A stretch of DNA of 64,000 nucleotides from assembly GCA_947478395.1 (NCBI GenBank), contig CANJVR010000002.1, forward strand, positions 256,001-320,000, written 5' to 3'. The translations under genes and the position numbers were made by a program. Shown here one piece after another: positions 9,900 to 21,306 of the stretch. This DNA is from Opitutia bacterium. GTDB taxonomy: Bacteria > Verrucomicrobiota > Verrucomicrobiia > Opitutales > Opitutaceae. How positions within the stretch are numbered: the first letter of the stretch is position 1; the number at the start of each line of letters is the position of its first letter. The notes beneath the pieces are model-generated. The model saw only the letters and a program-made list of their open reading frames with translations, did not search any database and had not been told where the DNA came from.

Positions 9900-12428
9900 A
9901 TGTCCCAAGAACCGATGAATAATTTCACGCCGCGCGCCCAGCAGGTGCTCGCGCTCGCCCGCAAGGAAGCGGATCGCTTCCACCACAACTACGTTGGCAC
10001 GGAGCACATTCTGCTCGGGCTGATCAAGCTGGGGCAGGGCGTCGCCGTGAGCGTGCTCCAAAAGATGGGCCTCGATTTGGAGACCGTCCGCGCCGCCGTG
10101 GAAAAACAGGTCGGCACGGGCCAGGAAACAAAAACCCAAGGCAGCATTCCCTACACGCCCCGCGTTAAAAAAGTCCTCGCTCTCGCCGGCAAGGAGGCGA
10201 AGACGCTCAATCACTCTTATGTTGGCACGGAGCACATTCTTCTCGGTCTGCTGCGCGAAGGTGAAGGCGTCGCGGCCCGCGTCTTGAAGTCGCTCGACAT
10301 CGACATCGAACGCACCCGTAACGAAATTCTGCGTGAGCTCGATCCGCAGTTCACCGGCAGCAATCCCCCCGATGGCACGCCGGGCGAGGAGGCGGCCGCC
10401 GGAATCCCGCAGCGTACCTCCGGGACCACCGACGATAAAAAGGAATTAAAAACCCCGGCGCTCAAGGCGTTTGGCCGGGACCTCACCGAGCTCGCCCGCA
10501 AGGGCGAGATGGACCCGGTCGTGGGCCGCAAAAACGAAATCCGCCGCGTCATCCAGATTCTCTGCCGGCGCACGAAGAACAACCCCGTCCTCATCGGCGA
10601 GGCCGGCGTCGGCAAGACCGCGATCGCCGAGGGTCTCGCCCAGGAAATCGTGGCCGGCAACGTGCCCGAAATTCTCTTCGATAAAAAAGTCATCACGCTT
10701 GATCTCGCCCTCATGGTCGCCGGCACGAAATACCGCGGTCAGTTCGAGGAACGCATCAAGGCCGTGATGGATGAAATTAAGCGCGCCAAAAACATCATCC
10801 TTTTCATCGACGAGCTCCACACCATCGTCGGTGCTGGCGCCGCCGAGGGTGCGATGGACGCCTCGAATATCTTCAAGCCCGCGCTTTCCCGCGGCGAATT
10901 GCAGTGCATCGGAGCGACCACGCTCAACGAATATCGCAAGCACATCGAGAAGGACTCCGCCCTCGACCGCCGTTTCCAAAACGTGAAGGTCGAGCCGCCG
11001 TCCGTCGAGGACACGATCACGATCCTTAAGGGTATTCGCAGCAAGTATGAGGATCACCACAAAGCGATCTTCACGGACAAATCGCTCGAATCGGCGGCGA
11101 AACTTTCCGATCGTTATATCACCGGCCGCTTCCTGCCCGACAAAGCGATCGACGTCATGGACGAGGCGGGCTCGCGCGCCCGTATCGCTGCCCTCACGCG
11201 TCCGCCAGACATCGAAAATCTGATCAAGGAGATCGAGGCCGTTTGCGCGCAAAAAGAAAAAGCGATCGCCGAACAACATTTCGAGGAGGCCGCGAAATAT
11301 CGCGACACCGAGAAGCAGCTGCGGGCAAAGCAGGAGCAGGTCACCGAGGATTGGAAGAAATCTCGCGACGAAAAACGCGTCACCATCGACGAAGATCTCA
11401 CCATGCAAGTTGTTGCCGACTGGACGGGCATACCGCTTTCGCGCATGGAAAAGAAGGAGAGCGAAAAGCTGCTCACCCTCGAGCTGGAGATTCAGAAGAG
11501 TGTCGTCGGTCAGGAAATCGCCGCCAGTGCCATTGCGCGCGCGTTGCGCCGTTCCCGCGCGGATCTGAAAGACCCGCGACGTCCGATTGGATCTTTCATG
11601 TTTGTCGGCCCGACCGGGGTGGGCAAAACCGAGACGGCCAAGCAGCTCGCCGCGCAAATGTTCGGCAACCAAGACGCGCTCATCCAGATCGACATGAGCG
11701 AGTACATGGAGAAGTTCGCCGTCTCGCGCCTCGTCGGCTCGCCTCCGGGCTACGTGGGCTACGAGGAAGGCGGGCAGCTCACCGAGGCGGTGCGGCGCCG
11801 GCCCTATGCCGTGATCCTGTTCGACGAAGTCGAGAAGGCGCACCCGGACGTGCTCCAGCTGCTCCTCCAGATTCTGGAGGATGGCCGGCTCACGGATTCC
11901 CTCGGGCGCACAGTCGATTTCCGCAACACGATCATCATCATGACGAGCAATGTCGGCGCCGCGTTGCTGCAACGCCAGACGTCGATGGGCTTCTCGGCCG
12001 CGTCCACGACTTTCAACGACGCTGAGAAAATGCGCGAAAAGGTGCTCGAGGAAGCCAAGCGCATCTTCAAGCCCGAGTTCCTAAACCGGATCTCGGACAT
12101 CGTGTTCTTCCGTCCGCTCGATAAAAACGATCTGACGAAGATCGTCGACATCGAGGTCGCCAAATTCGCGAAGCGTCTCACCGACCGCAAAATCACGCTC
12201 GAGTTTTCCGCCGAGGCCAAAGTGCTGCTCATCGAAAAAGGTTACGATGAAAAGTACGGCGCCCGTCCGCTCCGGCGCGCGGTTGAGCACTACGTGGAGG
12301 ATCCTCTCGCCGAAGCGCTGCTCCGCGGCGAGGTGAAGGAAGGCGAAGCCGTTATGGTGGAACGCGACGGTGATAAATTAACGTTCAAACAGAAGACACC
12401 GCCCGCCACCACCGGCGTGGCGCCCTAA
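9900..12428 (+). CDS. clpC: ATP-dependent Clp protease ATP-binding subunit ClpC
   Basis: Two Clp-N repeats ([11 protein letters not shown]), two AAA+ modules ([16 protein letters not shown]), a UVR middle domain and the MGF loop. Confidence 0.95.
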   Translation: MSQEPMNNFTPRAQQVLALARKEADRFHHNYVGTEHILLGLIKLGQGVAVSVLQKMGLDLETVRAAVEKQVGTGQETKTQGSIPYTPRVKKVLALAGKEAKTLNHSYVGTEHILLGLLREGEGVAARVLKSLDIDIERTRNEILRELDPQFTGSNPPDGTPGEEAAAGIPQRTSGTTDDKKELKTPALKAFGRDLTELARKGEMDPVVGRKNEIRRVIQILCRRTKNNPVLIGEAGVGKTAIAEGLAQEIVAGNVPEILFDKKVITLDLALMVAGTKYRGQFEERIKAVMDEIKRAKNIILFIDELHTIVGAGAAEGAMDASNIFKPALSRGELQCIGATTLNEYRKHIEKDSALDRRFQNVKVEPPSVEDTITILKGIRSKYEDHHKAIFTDKSLESAAKLSDRYITGRFLPDKAIDVMDEAGSRARIAALTRPPDIENLIKEIEAVCAQKEKAIAEQHFEEAAKYRDTEKQLRAKQEQVTEDWKKSRDEKRVTIDEDLTMQVVADWTGIPLSRMEKKESEKLLTLELEIQKSVVGQEIAASAIARALRRSRADLKDPRRPIGSFMFVGPTGVGKTETAKQLAAQMFGNQDALIQIDMSEYMEKFAVSRLVGSPPGYVGYEEGGQLTEAVRRRPYAVILFDEVEKAHPDVLQLLLQILEDGRLTDSLGRTVDFRNTIIIMTSNVGAALLQRQTSMGFSAASTTFNDAEKMREKVLEEAKRIFKPEFLNRISDIVFFRPLDKNDLTKIVDIEVAKFAKRLTDRKITLEFSAEAKVLLIEKGYDEKYGARPLRRAVEHYVEDPLAEALLRGEVKEGEAVMVERDGDKLTFKQKTPPATTGVAP

Positions 12429-12451
12429 ACCAGGACGGCCTAGGCCGTCGC

Positions 12452-12493
12452 AAAAAAACCCCGGCCACCGCGATCAAGGTGTCCGGGGTTTTT
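12452..12493 (+). terminator. Rho-independent terminator after clpC
   Basis: AAAAACCCCGG...CCGGGGTTTTT hairpin followed by a T run. Confidence 0.75.
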
Positions 12494-12925
12494 GCTTTCC
12501 GCATGGTGCGCACCCCCTCCGGCATCCTCGTCGCCGAGGCTTTGCCGCCAACCACCCACTGCGGTCTGGCGCTCGGGCGTTGGCTCAATCGCCGCATGGC
12601 ACGCGGTCGTGCCGCGGCTGCACCCGGCCGGCGCAGCGGGCGTACGATCAGGGAAAATTGACCGGGCCGTGGACAAGACGATGAACGTACCCCCGGGCGA
12701 CATTCATCGCCCAATCTCGCGTGCGTATGTGCCCGACCTGGCTCGCTGCAAAAAACCCGGTGTTGCTTCCGGCACAACGCGCGCAGCGGACGTTGAATGG
12801 CGAACCGCGCAGTCCGTTTGAAAAAGAGCTCAAGAAGCGGCTCACGAAATTACCGGGCCAGTGAACGACGCCAGACCGACGAAGTTTTTCGTGTCTTTCC
12901 CGTGGTTCGTGGTTCTTTGCGTAGC

Positions 12926-14698
12926 ATGACCAAGAACGAAATCGCCGACGTGCTGAACGAGATTGGGGTGTTGCTGGAGTTGAAGGGCGAGAATCCGTTC
13001 AAGGTTCGCGCCTATCAAAATGGCGCCCGCGTGCTCGAGGCCCTCGAAGAGGCGGAGCTGGGGCGTTTGGTCGATGCCGCCGAATTGAATTCGGTGAAAG
13101 GGATCGGTGAGGCACTCGTGCAAAAAATCACGGAACTGCACGCAACCGGGCGGCTGGAATATTTTGAAACACTGAAAAGTTCCGTGGCTCCGGGATTGGT
13201 GGAGTTGCTGCAGATTCCCGGACTCGGTCCGAAGAAAATCAAGGTGCTCAACGATAAGCTCGGGGTGAGCGACATCGCGACGTTGGTGGCGGCGTGTACC
13301 GACGGCCGGGTGGCGGAACTAGCGGGTTTCGGCGCGAAGACGCAGGCGAAAATTATCGAGGGCGTTAAAAATCGCGAGGCGTATGGGCGCCGCCACCTCT
13401 GGTGGGACGCGGCGGCGATCGCGGGCCCGATCGTGGCTGGGTTGAGAGCCTTAGCGCAAGTGGAGCGCGCGGAAGCGGCGGGCAGTTTGCGTCGCGGATT
13501 GGAGACGGTGGGCGATCTCGATTTTATCGTGGCGGCAAAGGACACCGCACCCGTCATGACGTGGTTCACCGCGCTGCCCGGCGTGAAAGAGGTGACGGCG
13601 CAGGGGGAGACGAAAGCGAGCGTGCGTTTTGAGAGTGGCCTGCAGGCGGATTTGCGGATCGTGCCGGCGGAGCAGTTCGCGTTCGCTCTGCACCACTTTA
13701 CGGGCTCGAAAGATCACAACGTGCAACTGCGCCAGCGCGCGCTGAGCCGCGGCCTCAGTTTGAGCGAGTGGGGGCTTGTACCGGCGGAGGGTGAAGGCAC
13801 GGCCAAGGAAAAGGCCGAGAACCCCGGGTTGCGCCGGAATGCGGAGACCGAGACGGAAATTTTCTCGGCGCTTGGCCTGGGCTTCATTCCGCCCGAATTG
13901 CGCGAAGGCTTGGGCGAAATCGAGGCTGCTGAACGCGGGCCGCTGCCCCGGCTCGTGGAAGCGGAGGATTTGCGCGGCGCGTTTCATAATCACACGACGG
14001 AATCGGACGGGAGAAACACGCTGGCCGAAATGACCGCCGCAGCGGAAGACCTCGGCTGGGATTACCTCGGTATCGCGGACCATTCGAAGTCGAGTGTGCA
14101 GGCTCGGGGACTGACGGAGGGGCGGTTGCGGGCGCAGTTAGAGGAAATTCGTGCGCTCAATCGCTCCGGCAAATTCAAGACCCACGTTTTCGCGGGCACG
14201 GAATGCGATATTCTCCCCGACGGTCAGCTCGACTTCGATGACGGACTACTGGGCGAATTGGATTACGTCGTAGTTTCGGTGCATAGTGCGTTTGCACAGG
14301 ACGAGGAGACCATGACCGCGCGTATTATCCGCGCCATCGAGCACCCGAGCGCGACGATGCTGGGCCACCTTTCGGGTCGGTTGTTACTCAGGCGCGAACC
14401 GTATCGGGTCAACGTCGGTAAGATCATCGACGCCGCGATCGCGCATCGCGTCGTGATCGAATTGAACGCGAGCCCGTGGCGGCTCGATCTGGATTGGCGT
14501 TACTGGCGGCTGGCGGCGGAGCGTGGGTTGATGTGCGCCATCAATCCGGACGCGCACGAAACGGAAGGGCTCACGCATGTGCGTGCGGGCATCAACGTGG
14601 CGCGGAAAGGCTGGCTTACGCGTGAGCAGATCTTGAATACCCGTACACGCCTGGAGGTTGAGCAGTGGTTCAAGCAGCGGGGGCGATCGCAAACCTAG
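12926..14698 (+). CDS. polX: DNA polymerase X / PHP 3'-5' exonuclease
   Basis: ENPFKVRAY, HhH motifs, [22 protein letters not shown], and a PHP domain (HNHT, DHS, NPDAH). Confidence 0.92.
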   Translation: MTKNEIADVLNEIGVLLELKGENPFKVRAYQNGARVLEALEEAELGRLVDAAELNSVKGIGEALVQKITELHATGRLEYFETLKSSVAPGLVELLQIPGLGPKKIKVLNDKLGVSDIATLVAACTDGRVAELAGFGAKTQAKIIEGVKNREAYGRRHLWWDAAAIAGPIVAGLRALAQVERAEAAGSLRRGLETVGDLDFIVAAKDTAPVMTWFTALPGVKEVTAQGETKASVRFESGLQADLRIVPAEQFAFALHHFTGSKDHNVQLRQRALSRGLSLSEWGLVPAEGEGTAKEKAENPGLRRNAETETEIFSALGLGFIPPELREGLGEIEAAERGPLPRLVEAEDLRGAFHNHTTESDGRNTLAEMTAAAEDLGWDYLGIADHSKSSVQARGLTEGRLRAQLEEIRALNRSGKFKTHVFAGTECDILPDGQLDFDDGLLGELDYVVVSVHSAFAQDEETMTARIIRAIEHPSATMLGHLSGRLLLRREPYRVNVGKIIDAAIAHRVVIELNASPWRLDLDWRYWRLAAERGLMCAINPDAHETEGLTHVRAGINVARKGWLTREQILNTRTRLEVEQWFKQRGRSQT

Positions 14699-15101
14699 AT
14701 AGAACAACTTCGCGTTTGTAGCCCGTGCAACAGGTGGGAGGCCGCGGGTTGCCGGTCGCCGGGACGAGCGGGGTCGTGCTCATTGCGGAAGCGGCAGCAG
14801 GGTGCCGTTTTGCCGCAACCGACCTCGCCGAAGATCGCGATTAATTCCTTTTTTTCCTGCACCGCGAAGTTAAGAAGCTGCAGCGTATACGTATGAATTT
14901 TAATAAGATACAGAAAACAGAAAACGGGCAGTGATGTTGAAGTGCATCTCTTTTAAACCGTCGTAGCTCTGCTCGATCGATTTCGAGCAGCCTGTCCCGG
15001 TCCAAAACGCACGCTCAAATCGTGCGATTTCCGCGAACCGCGCGATTTGAAATCTCCTTTACTCACCGGATCGCCCCCGCGTTTCATGACTGCCTACTTG
15101 C

Positions 15102-15386
15102 GTGAATCTGAATCGCTTCATTCTCAGCCTCTATCTCCTGTTCATCTTGGGGTTGGCGCTGGCGGCCGGGCTCTATTTTCACGAAAGCCAGGCCGAGTAC
15201 GCCCGGCTGCGGCGGATTGAGGTCGAGAACCGCCGCCGCGTTGATGAAGCGCAGGCGCGCCTGAAACTGCAGGAGAAAATCCTCGAACGCATGCGCCATG
15301 ATCCGGTCTACGTCGACCAGGTGATCCGGCAAAAACTCGGCTACGCGAAGCCCGAGGAATATATTTATCGTTTTGAGAATAATTGA
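15102..15386 (+). CDS. Septum formation initiator (FtsB/DivIC family)
   Basis: N-terminal TM helix, coiled coil and DP.YV....RQKLGYAKPEE motif. Confidence 0.8.
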   Translation: MNLNRFILSLYLLFILGLALAAGLYFHESQAEYARLRRIEVENRRRVDEAQARLKLQEKILERMRHDPVYVDQVIRQKLGYAKPEEYIYRFENN

Positions 15387-15439
15387 TCCGGGTCGCGCGA
15401 CTCGGATCCGGTCTTTTGCCCAACATTTCAACTTTTTCC

Positions 15440-16876
15440 ATGGCTGCCACGGCTCAACTTATCGATCGCTTCCAACGCGCCGGGCAGGGGCAAGTCTTCG
15501 CCTTTTTTGACCAGCTCACGCCGGCGGAACAACAGAACCTGCTCAGCGAAGCCGGCGAAATCGATCTCGCGGAAGTGGAACAGCTGAATCGCACCCTCGT
15601 CGCGAAAACTGCCGGCGCGGTCGGCGTAGATCTCGAGGGCCTCGCGCCCGCGCCCTACGAGCTGCTGCCGGCCAACGGCGGCGACGCCGCGGCCTGGGCC
15701 GCGGCGAAACAGACCGGTGAAGCGGCGCTCCGGGCGGGTCGGGTCGCGGCTTTCACGGTGGCCGGCGGTCAAGGTACGCGCCTCGGCTACGACGGTCCGA
15801 AGGGCACGTTCCGGGTGACGCCCGTGAAACAGAAATCTCTCTTCCAGATTTTCGCCGAAAAAATTCTGGCGGCCGGAAATCGCTACGGCCAGCCGCTGCA
15901 TTGGTTTATTATGACCAGCCACCAAAATCACGTGGCGACGGAGGCGTTTTTTGGGGAGCACAATCATTTCGGACTCGATCGCGCGCGGGTGCATTTTTTT
16001 CGGCAGGGGCGCATGCCGGCGGTAAGTTTCGAGGGCAAAATTTTGCTTGAGACCAAAAGCTCGCTGGCGCTGTCGCCCGACGGCCACGGCGGTTCCCTGC
16101 GTGCGCTCGCGCGCAGCGGCGCACTCGATGTGATGGAGCGGGCGGGCATCGACACGCTCAGCTATTTCCAAGTGGACAACCCGCTCGTCCGCGCGATCGA
16201 CCCCGCGTTCATTGGCTGGCATCTCATCAAGCGTTCTGAGCTGACGAGCAAGATGGTGCCGAAAGCCTACGCCGAGGAAAAGGTCGGCCATTTTTGCACC
16301 CAGCGCGGCAAGTTGATCGTGGTCGAGTATTCGGATTTGCCGATGGCGATTCAGCGCGAGACGGACGCCGCGGGCAAACTGCGGTACCTCGCGGGCAGCG
16401 TCGCGATCCATATGCTCGACCGCGATTTCATCCGGCGCATGGGCCAGTCGGCCGGCGATGCCGGCGTCGCATTGCCGTTTCATCGCGCCGATAAAAAAAT
16501 CCCGACGGTCGATGCGACGGGCGCGGCGGTGAAACCGGAAAAGGCCAATGGCGTTAAATTTGAGATGTTCGTTTTTGATGCGCTGCCATTCGCCACAAAT
16601 CCGCTCGTGATTGAAGCGCGCCGGGCGGACGATTTTTCTCCGGTGAAAAATGCCGATGGCCTCGATTCGCCGAAAACCTGCCGCGAGGATCAGCTGCGGC
16701 AATTTGCGCGCTGGCTGGTGGCTAACGGCGTTTCGCTTCCGACCGATGCGACTGGCCTACCGGCCATCACGGGCGAAGTTTCGCCGTTGTTTGGCTACGA
16801 CGAAGATTCGTTCGCCGCCAGCTGGGCGGCGTGCGCGGTCAAGCCCGCGATCGTCGAGGGTTTTTATCTGACCTGA
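15440..16876 (+). CDS. UDP-N-acetylhexosamine pyrophosphorylase (UDPGP type 1 family)
   Basis: AGGQGTRLG..PKG, SPDGHGG, VDNPL, KFEMFVFD and FSPVKN motifs. Confidence 0.88.
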   Translation: MAATAQLIDRFQRAGQGQVFAFFDQLTPAEQQNLLSEAGEIDLAEVEQLNRTLVAKTAGAVGVDLEGLAPAPYELLPANGGDAAAWAAAKQTGEAALRAGRVAAFTVAGGQGTRLGYDGPKGTFRVTPVKQKSLFQIFAEKILAAGNRYGQPLHWFIMTSHQNHVATEAFFGEHNHFGLDRARVHFFRQGRMPAVSFEGKILLETKSSLALSPDGHGGSLRALARSGALDVMERAGIDTLSYFQVDNPLVRAIDPAFIGWHLIKRSELTSKMVPKAYAEEKVGHFCTQRGKLIVVEYSDLPMAIQRETDAAGKLRYLAGSVAIHMLDRDFIRRMGQSAGDAGVALPFHRADKKIPTVDATGAAVKPEKANGVKFEMFVFDALPFATNPLVIEARRADDFSPVKNADGLDSPKTCREDQLRQFARWLVANGVSLPTDATGLPAITGEVSPLFGYDEDSFAASWAACAVKPAIVEGFYLT

Positions 16877-16914
16877 ATTTTAAACGTAGCTCTTCTTTCT
16901 TCTCCTTTTGCTCC

Positions 16915-18864
16915 ATGACCACGCTTCAACGAATTCAGTCCGCCGTCAGCGCGGGCCAGCTCATGCCCGGCAGCGGCGAAAATCTCGCGGCATTTCTTGG
17001 CGCCCGGCTGCCCGAGTGGGCGCTCGAGAGCATCGAGGAGCTGGTCGCGCGGGGTGCGTGGTCGGAACTTAACGATCGTTTCTATCGCTACCTGGAATTT
17101 GGCACCGGGGGCATGCGTGGCCGCACCATCGGGGTCGTTACGGCCGCCGCCGAAACCGGTGCACTCAGTCCGACTGGTTCGCCCGTGCACGCGGCGATCG
17201 GGAGTAATTTGTTGAATGACTTCACCCTCGTGCGGGCGACGGTGGGCCTGTTTCGCTACACCCAAAAATATCTGCGCGAGCAGGGCATCACGACGAAACC
17301 TCGTTTTGTAATCGCACACGACGTCCGCCATTTTTCGCGTCACTTCTGCGAACTCGCGGCCTCGGCGTGGACCAAGCTCGGTGGCGAGGCGTTTATCTTC
17401 GACGGCCCGCGGCCCACGCCGCAACTTAGTTTCAGTGTGCGCTGGTTGAAGGCGCACGCCGGTGTCGTCATTACGGCGAGCCACAATCCGCCCCACGACA
17501 ACGGCTTTAAAGCCTACTTCGACGACGGTGGGCAGGTCGTCCCGCCCCACGACAAAGGCATCGTCGCCGAGGTCAACGCCGTGCCGCTGTCCGAGCTGGC
17601 CGATTTTCTCGTCCCCAATTTGGCGGGCGTGACCACGCTCGGTCGCGAGGCGGACGATGCTTATCTTACCGTGGCGAGCGAAGCCGCGATCGATCATGCC
17701 GTCCTTAAAAAGACGAAGCTGAAAATCGCGTTCACGAACATTCACGCGACGGGCGCGATCCATTCGATCCCGCTTTTGATCCATGCTGGCTGCGACGTGC
17801 ACCCCGTGAAGGAGCAGCTGAATTTTGACGCCCGGTTTCCCACTGTGAAATCGCCGAACCCTGAGAATGCCGACGCGCTGGCGATGGCCGTGGCCCTCGC
17901 GGAGCGCGATCAATGTGACGTCGTGCTGGCGACGGATCCCGACTGCGACCGGATGGGCTGTGCCGTACGCAGCCGGGCGGGCAAAATGGAGCTATTGACC
18001 GGCAATCAGATTGGCGCGCTGCTCGCCGACTATCGTCTGATGAAGTACAAGGAGCTCGGTTGGATTCCGCGCGAAGGCTCCGAACGGGCGGCGATCATCA
18101 AGACCTACGTGACGACCCAGCTGCAGGACGCGATCGGCCGGGCACACGGCGTAAAGGTCGTCAACACGCTCACGGGCTTCAAGTGGATCGCCGCCAAGAT
18201 GCGCGGCTATGAGGAAAAACTCGGTCGCGCGATGGGCCCCGGGTTTGACTACGACGCGACGCCCTTTGCGGAGCGCGCCCAATTGCTGATGAAGCACAGC
18301 ACGTTTTACGCGTTTGGTTGCGAGGAAAGCTACGGTTACCTGCCCAACGACTACGTGCGCGACAAGGACGGTAATGCCGCGTGCCTGATGTTTGCGGAGG
18401 TGTGTGCGTGGGTGAAGAGCCGCGGGCTCACCGTGCCCGAATATTTAGACGAAATCTTTTTGCGCTGCGGATTCTACCTCGAAGGCGTGATTAACCTCTA
18501 CTACGAAGGCGCGAGCGGAAACGCGAAGATCAAGCGTATCCTCGACACTTACCGCGCCAGTCCGCCGCGCGCGTTTGGGGACGTCGCCGTAACGAAGTTT
18601 CAGGATTTTGGGCGCGAGGATATCCGCGATGCGGACGGCGAAATGATACCGAAACAGGATCTTTATCTCGTTTCGCTGGCCAACGGCTACAGCTTCGCGG
18701 CGCGTGGAAGTGGCACGGAGCCCAAGATGAAATTCTATCTCTTCGCGAACGCGAACGTCGGCAGCGCGGCGGAACTTCCTGCCGTCAAGGCGCGTGTGCG
18801 GGCGACGCTTGATGGCCTGATTAAATGGATCGAAGCGGACGCCAAGAAACGCGCGGAAGGGTAG
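16915..18864 (+). CDS. Phospho-sugar mutase (PGM/PMM)
   Basis: FGTGGMRG, TASHNP, DPDCDR, EESYGY and SGTEPK motifs. Confidence 0.92.
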   Translation: MTTLQRIQSAVSAGQLMPGSGENLAAFLGARLPEWALESIEELVARGAWSELNDRFYRYLEFGTGGMRGRTIGVVTAAAETGALSPTGSPVHAAIGSNLLNDFTLVRATVGLFRYTQKYLREQGITTKPRFVIAHDVRHFSRHFCELAASAWTKLGGEAFIFDGPRPTPQLSFSVRWLKAHAGVVITASHNPPHDNGFKAYFDDGGQVVPPHDKGIVAEVNAVPLSELADFLVPNLAGVTTLGREADDAYLTVASEAAIDHAVLKKTKLKIAFTNIHATGAIHSIPLLIHAGCDVHPVKEQLNFDARFPTVKSPNPENADALAMAVALAERDQCDVVLATDPDCDRMGCAVRSRAGKMELLTGNQIGALLADYRLMKYKELGWIPREGSERAAIIKTYVTTQLQDAIGRAHGVKVVNTLTGFKWIAAKMRGYEEKLGRAMGPGFDYDATPFAERAQLLMKHSTFYAFGCEESYGYLPNDYVRDKDGNAACLMFAEVCAWVKSRGLTVPEYLDEIFLRCGFYLEGVINLYYEGASGNAKIKRILDTYRASPPRAFGDVAVTKFQDFGREDIRDADGEMIPKQDLYLVSLANGYSFAARGSGTEPKMKFYLFANANVGSAAELPAVKARVRATLDGLIKWIEADAKKRAEG

Positions 18865-19015
18865 GGCGGGCAGGGTGTGTTATCCCTAACGCGCCGGTTC
18901 CATGCCACCCTTTCGGCGACCCTAGTCGCCGCCGGCGGGTGTGCTTTTACAACGAGCTTTCGAGGCACTTTCGGTGTCCTTGGTAGTCCGTACACGTTGT
19001 CCTCAAGGACTCCCC

Positions 19016-20338
19016 ATGAAATTCCGCCCCGCTCGATTCATCGTTCTGGCCCTTTTTCTGGCGGCTTCGGTTTTCGCCGCGGCCTCTGCGTCAGTGCCGT
19101 CGGCCGCGATTTCCGCGCCGTCGTTGGCACCGGACCAATTGGCAAAACTCCTCGGCCCGATCGCGCTTTATCCCGATCCGTTGATCGCGTTGATGCTCCC
19201 CGCGTCAACCGTGCCGCTCGACGTCGTTTTGGCGGCCCGTTATTTCAATCAGAACGGTGACCCGGCGCGGGTCGACGAGCAGCCCTGGGACGACAGCGTG
19301 AAAGGTCTGGCGCACTACCAGAACGTGATCATCTGGATGGATGAAAATTTGGCGTGGTCCCTTCAGTTAGGCGAGGCGTTCATCAATCAGCCGGCCGAGG
19401 TTATGAAAACCATCCAATATCTCCGCGCCGAAGCCCGTGCGGCGGGCACCTTGGTGGATACGCCGCAGCAGCAACTCGAGGAGGTCGGCGGCAATATCAT
19501 CATCGTACCAGCCCAGCCCAATGTGATCTACGTTCCAGTGTACGATGCGGACGTCGTGTATCTTGCCCGGCAGAGTTTCTATGCGGGTCCATTCCTAACC
19601 TTTGGCGTGGGCTATGCCACCGGAGTTTGGCTCGGCTACGATTTCGACTGGGAGCGTCGTCGCTTCTGGATAATTAATGAACGCGAGCGGGAGCGGTATT
19701 GGCGTGATCGTCGCGAGCTGCATCGCCCAAATTTTCCCGGTCCCGCGGGAATCTCCGTTGATCGTATGCACACGCCCTGGGTGCCGAATCCCGCTCGTTT
19801 TCATCCCACTGTCCCCTTGGGAAATCGTCCGAGGCCCGACATCGTCAGGCCGTCTCCCTATTCCCTCGATCGTGATCGCCGATCACTCGATGGCCCGCGC
19901 GGACCTGGCTCTGTCCCTTTCGAGCATGGGCCCGTCGGGCGCGATCAGGCGCCGTTTCCACCTCGCGAGCAAATGCCCTCGCCTGATCGGGCGCGGCTTC
20001 CGCCGCGCCGGCCGGAGCTTGTTTCGCCTCCGCCGGCCGTACCGGTGCAGCCTCAGTCCCAGGCGCCGGCGCCAGGGTACAATCGTGGCGTGCGTGTGGC
20101 GCCCGAGGATCGTCCGAGGATCAATCCTTCGAATAATACGCCCCCGAACGCTCCGGCCGCGGGCGGACTAATCCGTCCGCCGGTTCAACTCAACATGAAT
20201 AGCCCGCAGCCAGCGCCCGCGGCCTCACGTCAGGATCGTCGTCCGCCGGCCGCGCCACCGCAACCGGTGCCGCCTGCACAGCCGGCTGCGTCCTCGCCGC
20301 CTCAGGACGAAAAAGCCTCGGGCCGCGGCCAAAATTAA
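19016..20338 (+). CDS. DUF3300 domain protein with signal peptide and Pro-rich tail
   Basis: L.PIALYPDPL, WDDSVK.L, LGEAF and YVPVYD motifs. Confidence 0.8.
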   Translation: MKFRPARFIVLALFLAASVFAAASASVPSAAISAPSLAPDQLAKLLGPIALYPDPLIALMLPASTVPLDVVLAARYFNQNGDPARVDEQPWDDSVKGLAHYQNVIIWMDENLAWSLQLGEAFINQPAEVMKTIQYLRAEARAAGTLVDTPQQQLEEVGGNIIIVPAQPNVIYVPVYDADVVYLARQSFYAGPFLTFGVGYATGVWLGYDFDWERRRFWIINERERERYWRDRRELHRPNFPGPAGISVDRMHTPWVPNPARFHPTVPLGNRPRPDIVRPSPYSLDRDRRSLDGPRGPGSVPFEHGPVGRDQAPFPPREQMPSPDRARLPPRRPELVSPPPAVPVQPQSQAPAPGYNRGVRVAPEDRPRINPSNNTPPNAPAAGGLIRPPVQLNMNSPQPAPAASRQDRRPPAAPPQPVPPAQPAASSPPQDEKASGRGQN

Positions 20339-21183
20339 CCCGCTTGCCTCCGCGCCAGCCAAACGGCGCCGGCCATGAGCGCACCGCCGCAGAAAAGGCG
20401 GGTCAGTTCGGCCTGTTCGCCAAAGACCACGAGAGAGCAGGCAACAGCGAGAGGGATCTTTGCATTGTTCATCGCCGCGAGCGTACCGGCGCTTACCTGT
20501 GTTGCCCCGCGATTCCACAGGAAAAATCCAACCCCTGATGCGGCGACGCCCAGATAGAGCAATATCGCCACGTTGGGCAGAGTCAGGGTCAGCGCCGTGA
20601 AATGGGTGCGGAGCAAACTGAACGGAAGCGAGACGGCGAAGGCGCCGGCGTAGAGCAAACCGAACACATCGCGATCTCGGATTGTTGCGACTGCGGTCGC
20701 GGTGCGCCACCGACGGTAGAGTACTTGACCGAGCGCGAAGGCGAGATTGGACAGCTGCACGAGCGTGACTCCAACCAAGGCTCCGGGCGCGGGCGTTGCT
20801 TTGACAACAATCACGGCGCCACCCAGCACGGCGAGCAAGGCGGCGAAGAGCGCCGACGCCCTTAAGGTGCGATCGAACGCATCGGCCAGCAGCGTCACCA
20901 GGATCGGCGTGGTGAGCGTGAAAACGGCGATTTCGTAGCTTTTCAGAAACCGGAAGCTCTCGTTGTAAGCGAGGTACATGAGCCCAAATTGCACCGCGCC
21001 GATGCCGGCGAGGGTGAACCTCGTGCGCGTGTTGATGCCGCGGAGACGGAGAAATGGCAAAAAGACGAGCAGGGCTACGGCGAGCCGGGCCGCGGCGATG
21101 AAGGCTCCATCGAGTCCCGTGAGTCGTGGGACGAGCCCGAACGAAAATGCCCAGATGACGGAAACGAGAAGCAGGAGCAGCAC
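20335..21183 (-). CDS. EamA/DMT family transporter
   Basis: About 10 hydrophobic helices, IWAFSFG, and YLGVAASGVGFFLWN.G. Confidence 0.85.
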   Translation of the reverse strand: MLLLLLVSVIWAFSFGLVPRLTGLDGAFIAAARLAVALLVFLPFLRLRGINTRTRFTLAGIGAVQFGLMYLAYNESFRFLKSYEIAVFTLTTPILVTLLADAFDRTLRASALFAALLAVLGGAVIVVKATPAPGALVGVTLVQLSNLAFALGQVLYRRWRTATAVATIRDRDVFGLLYAGAFAVSLPFSLLRTHFTALTLTLPNVAILLYLGVAASGVGFFLWNRGATQVSAGTLAAMNNAKIPLAVACSLVVFGEQAELTRLFCGGALMAGAVWLARRQAG

Positions 21184-21306
21184 GCCGCTGAGCCCAAATC
21201 ACGCGCAGGAATTATCAATCGGAAAGGCGCTTTGGGGCGCACTCCGCTTCGGCCCCAGGGAAAATACTTGGCGCCCGGGCGTAAGTTTTCGTCATCATGA
21301 CCCTCC

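Noticed and set aside
10446..11972. Long antisense ORFs (also 1818-2996, 15428-16702, 16864-17913, 37654-38670, 38908-39774)
   Set aside because: They are shadows of well-supported genes on the other strand in GC-rich DNA and have no recognisable motifs.
12494..12925. Possible decayed gene between clpC and polX, and an N-terminal extension of PolX from 12797
   Set aside because: The short frames have no recognisable homology, and PolX homology begins at M12926.
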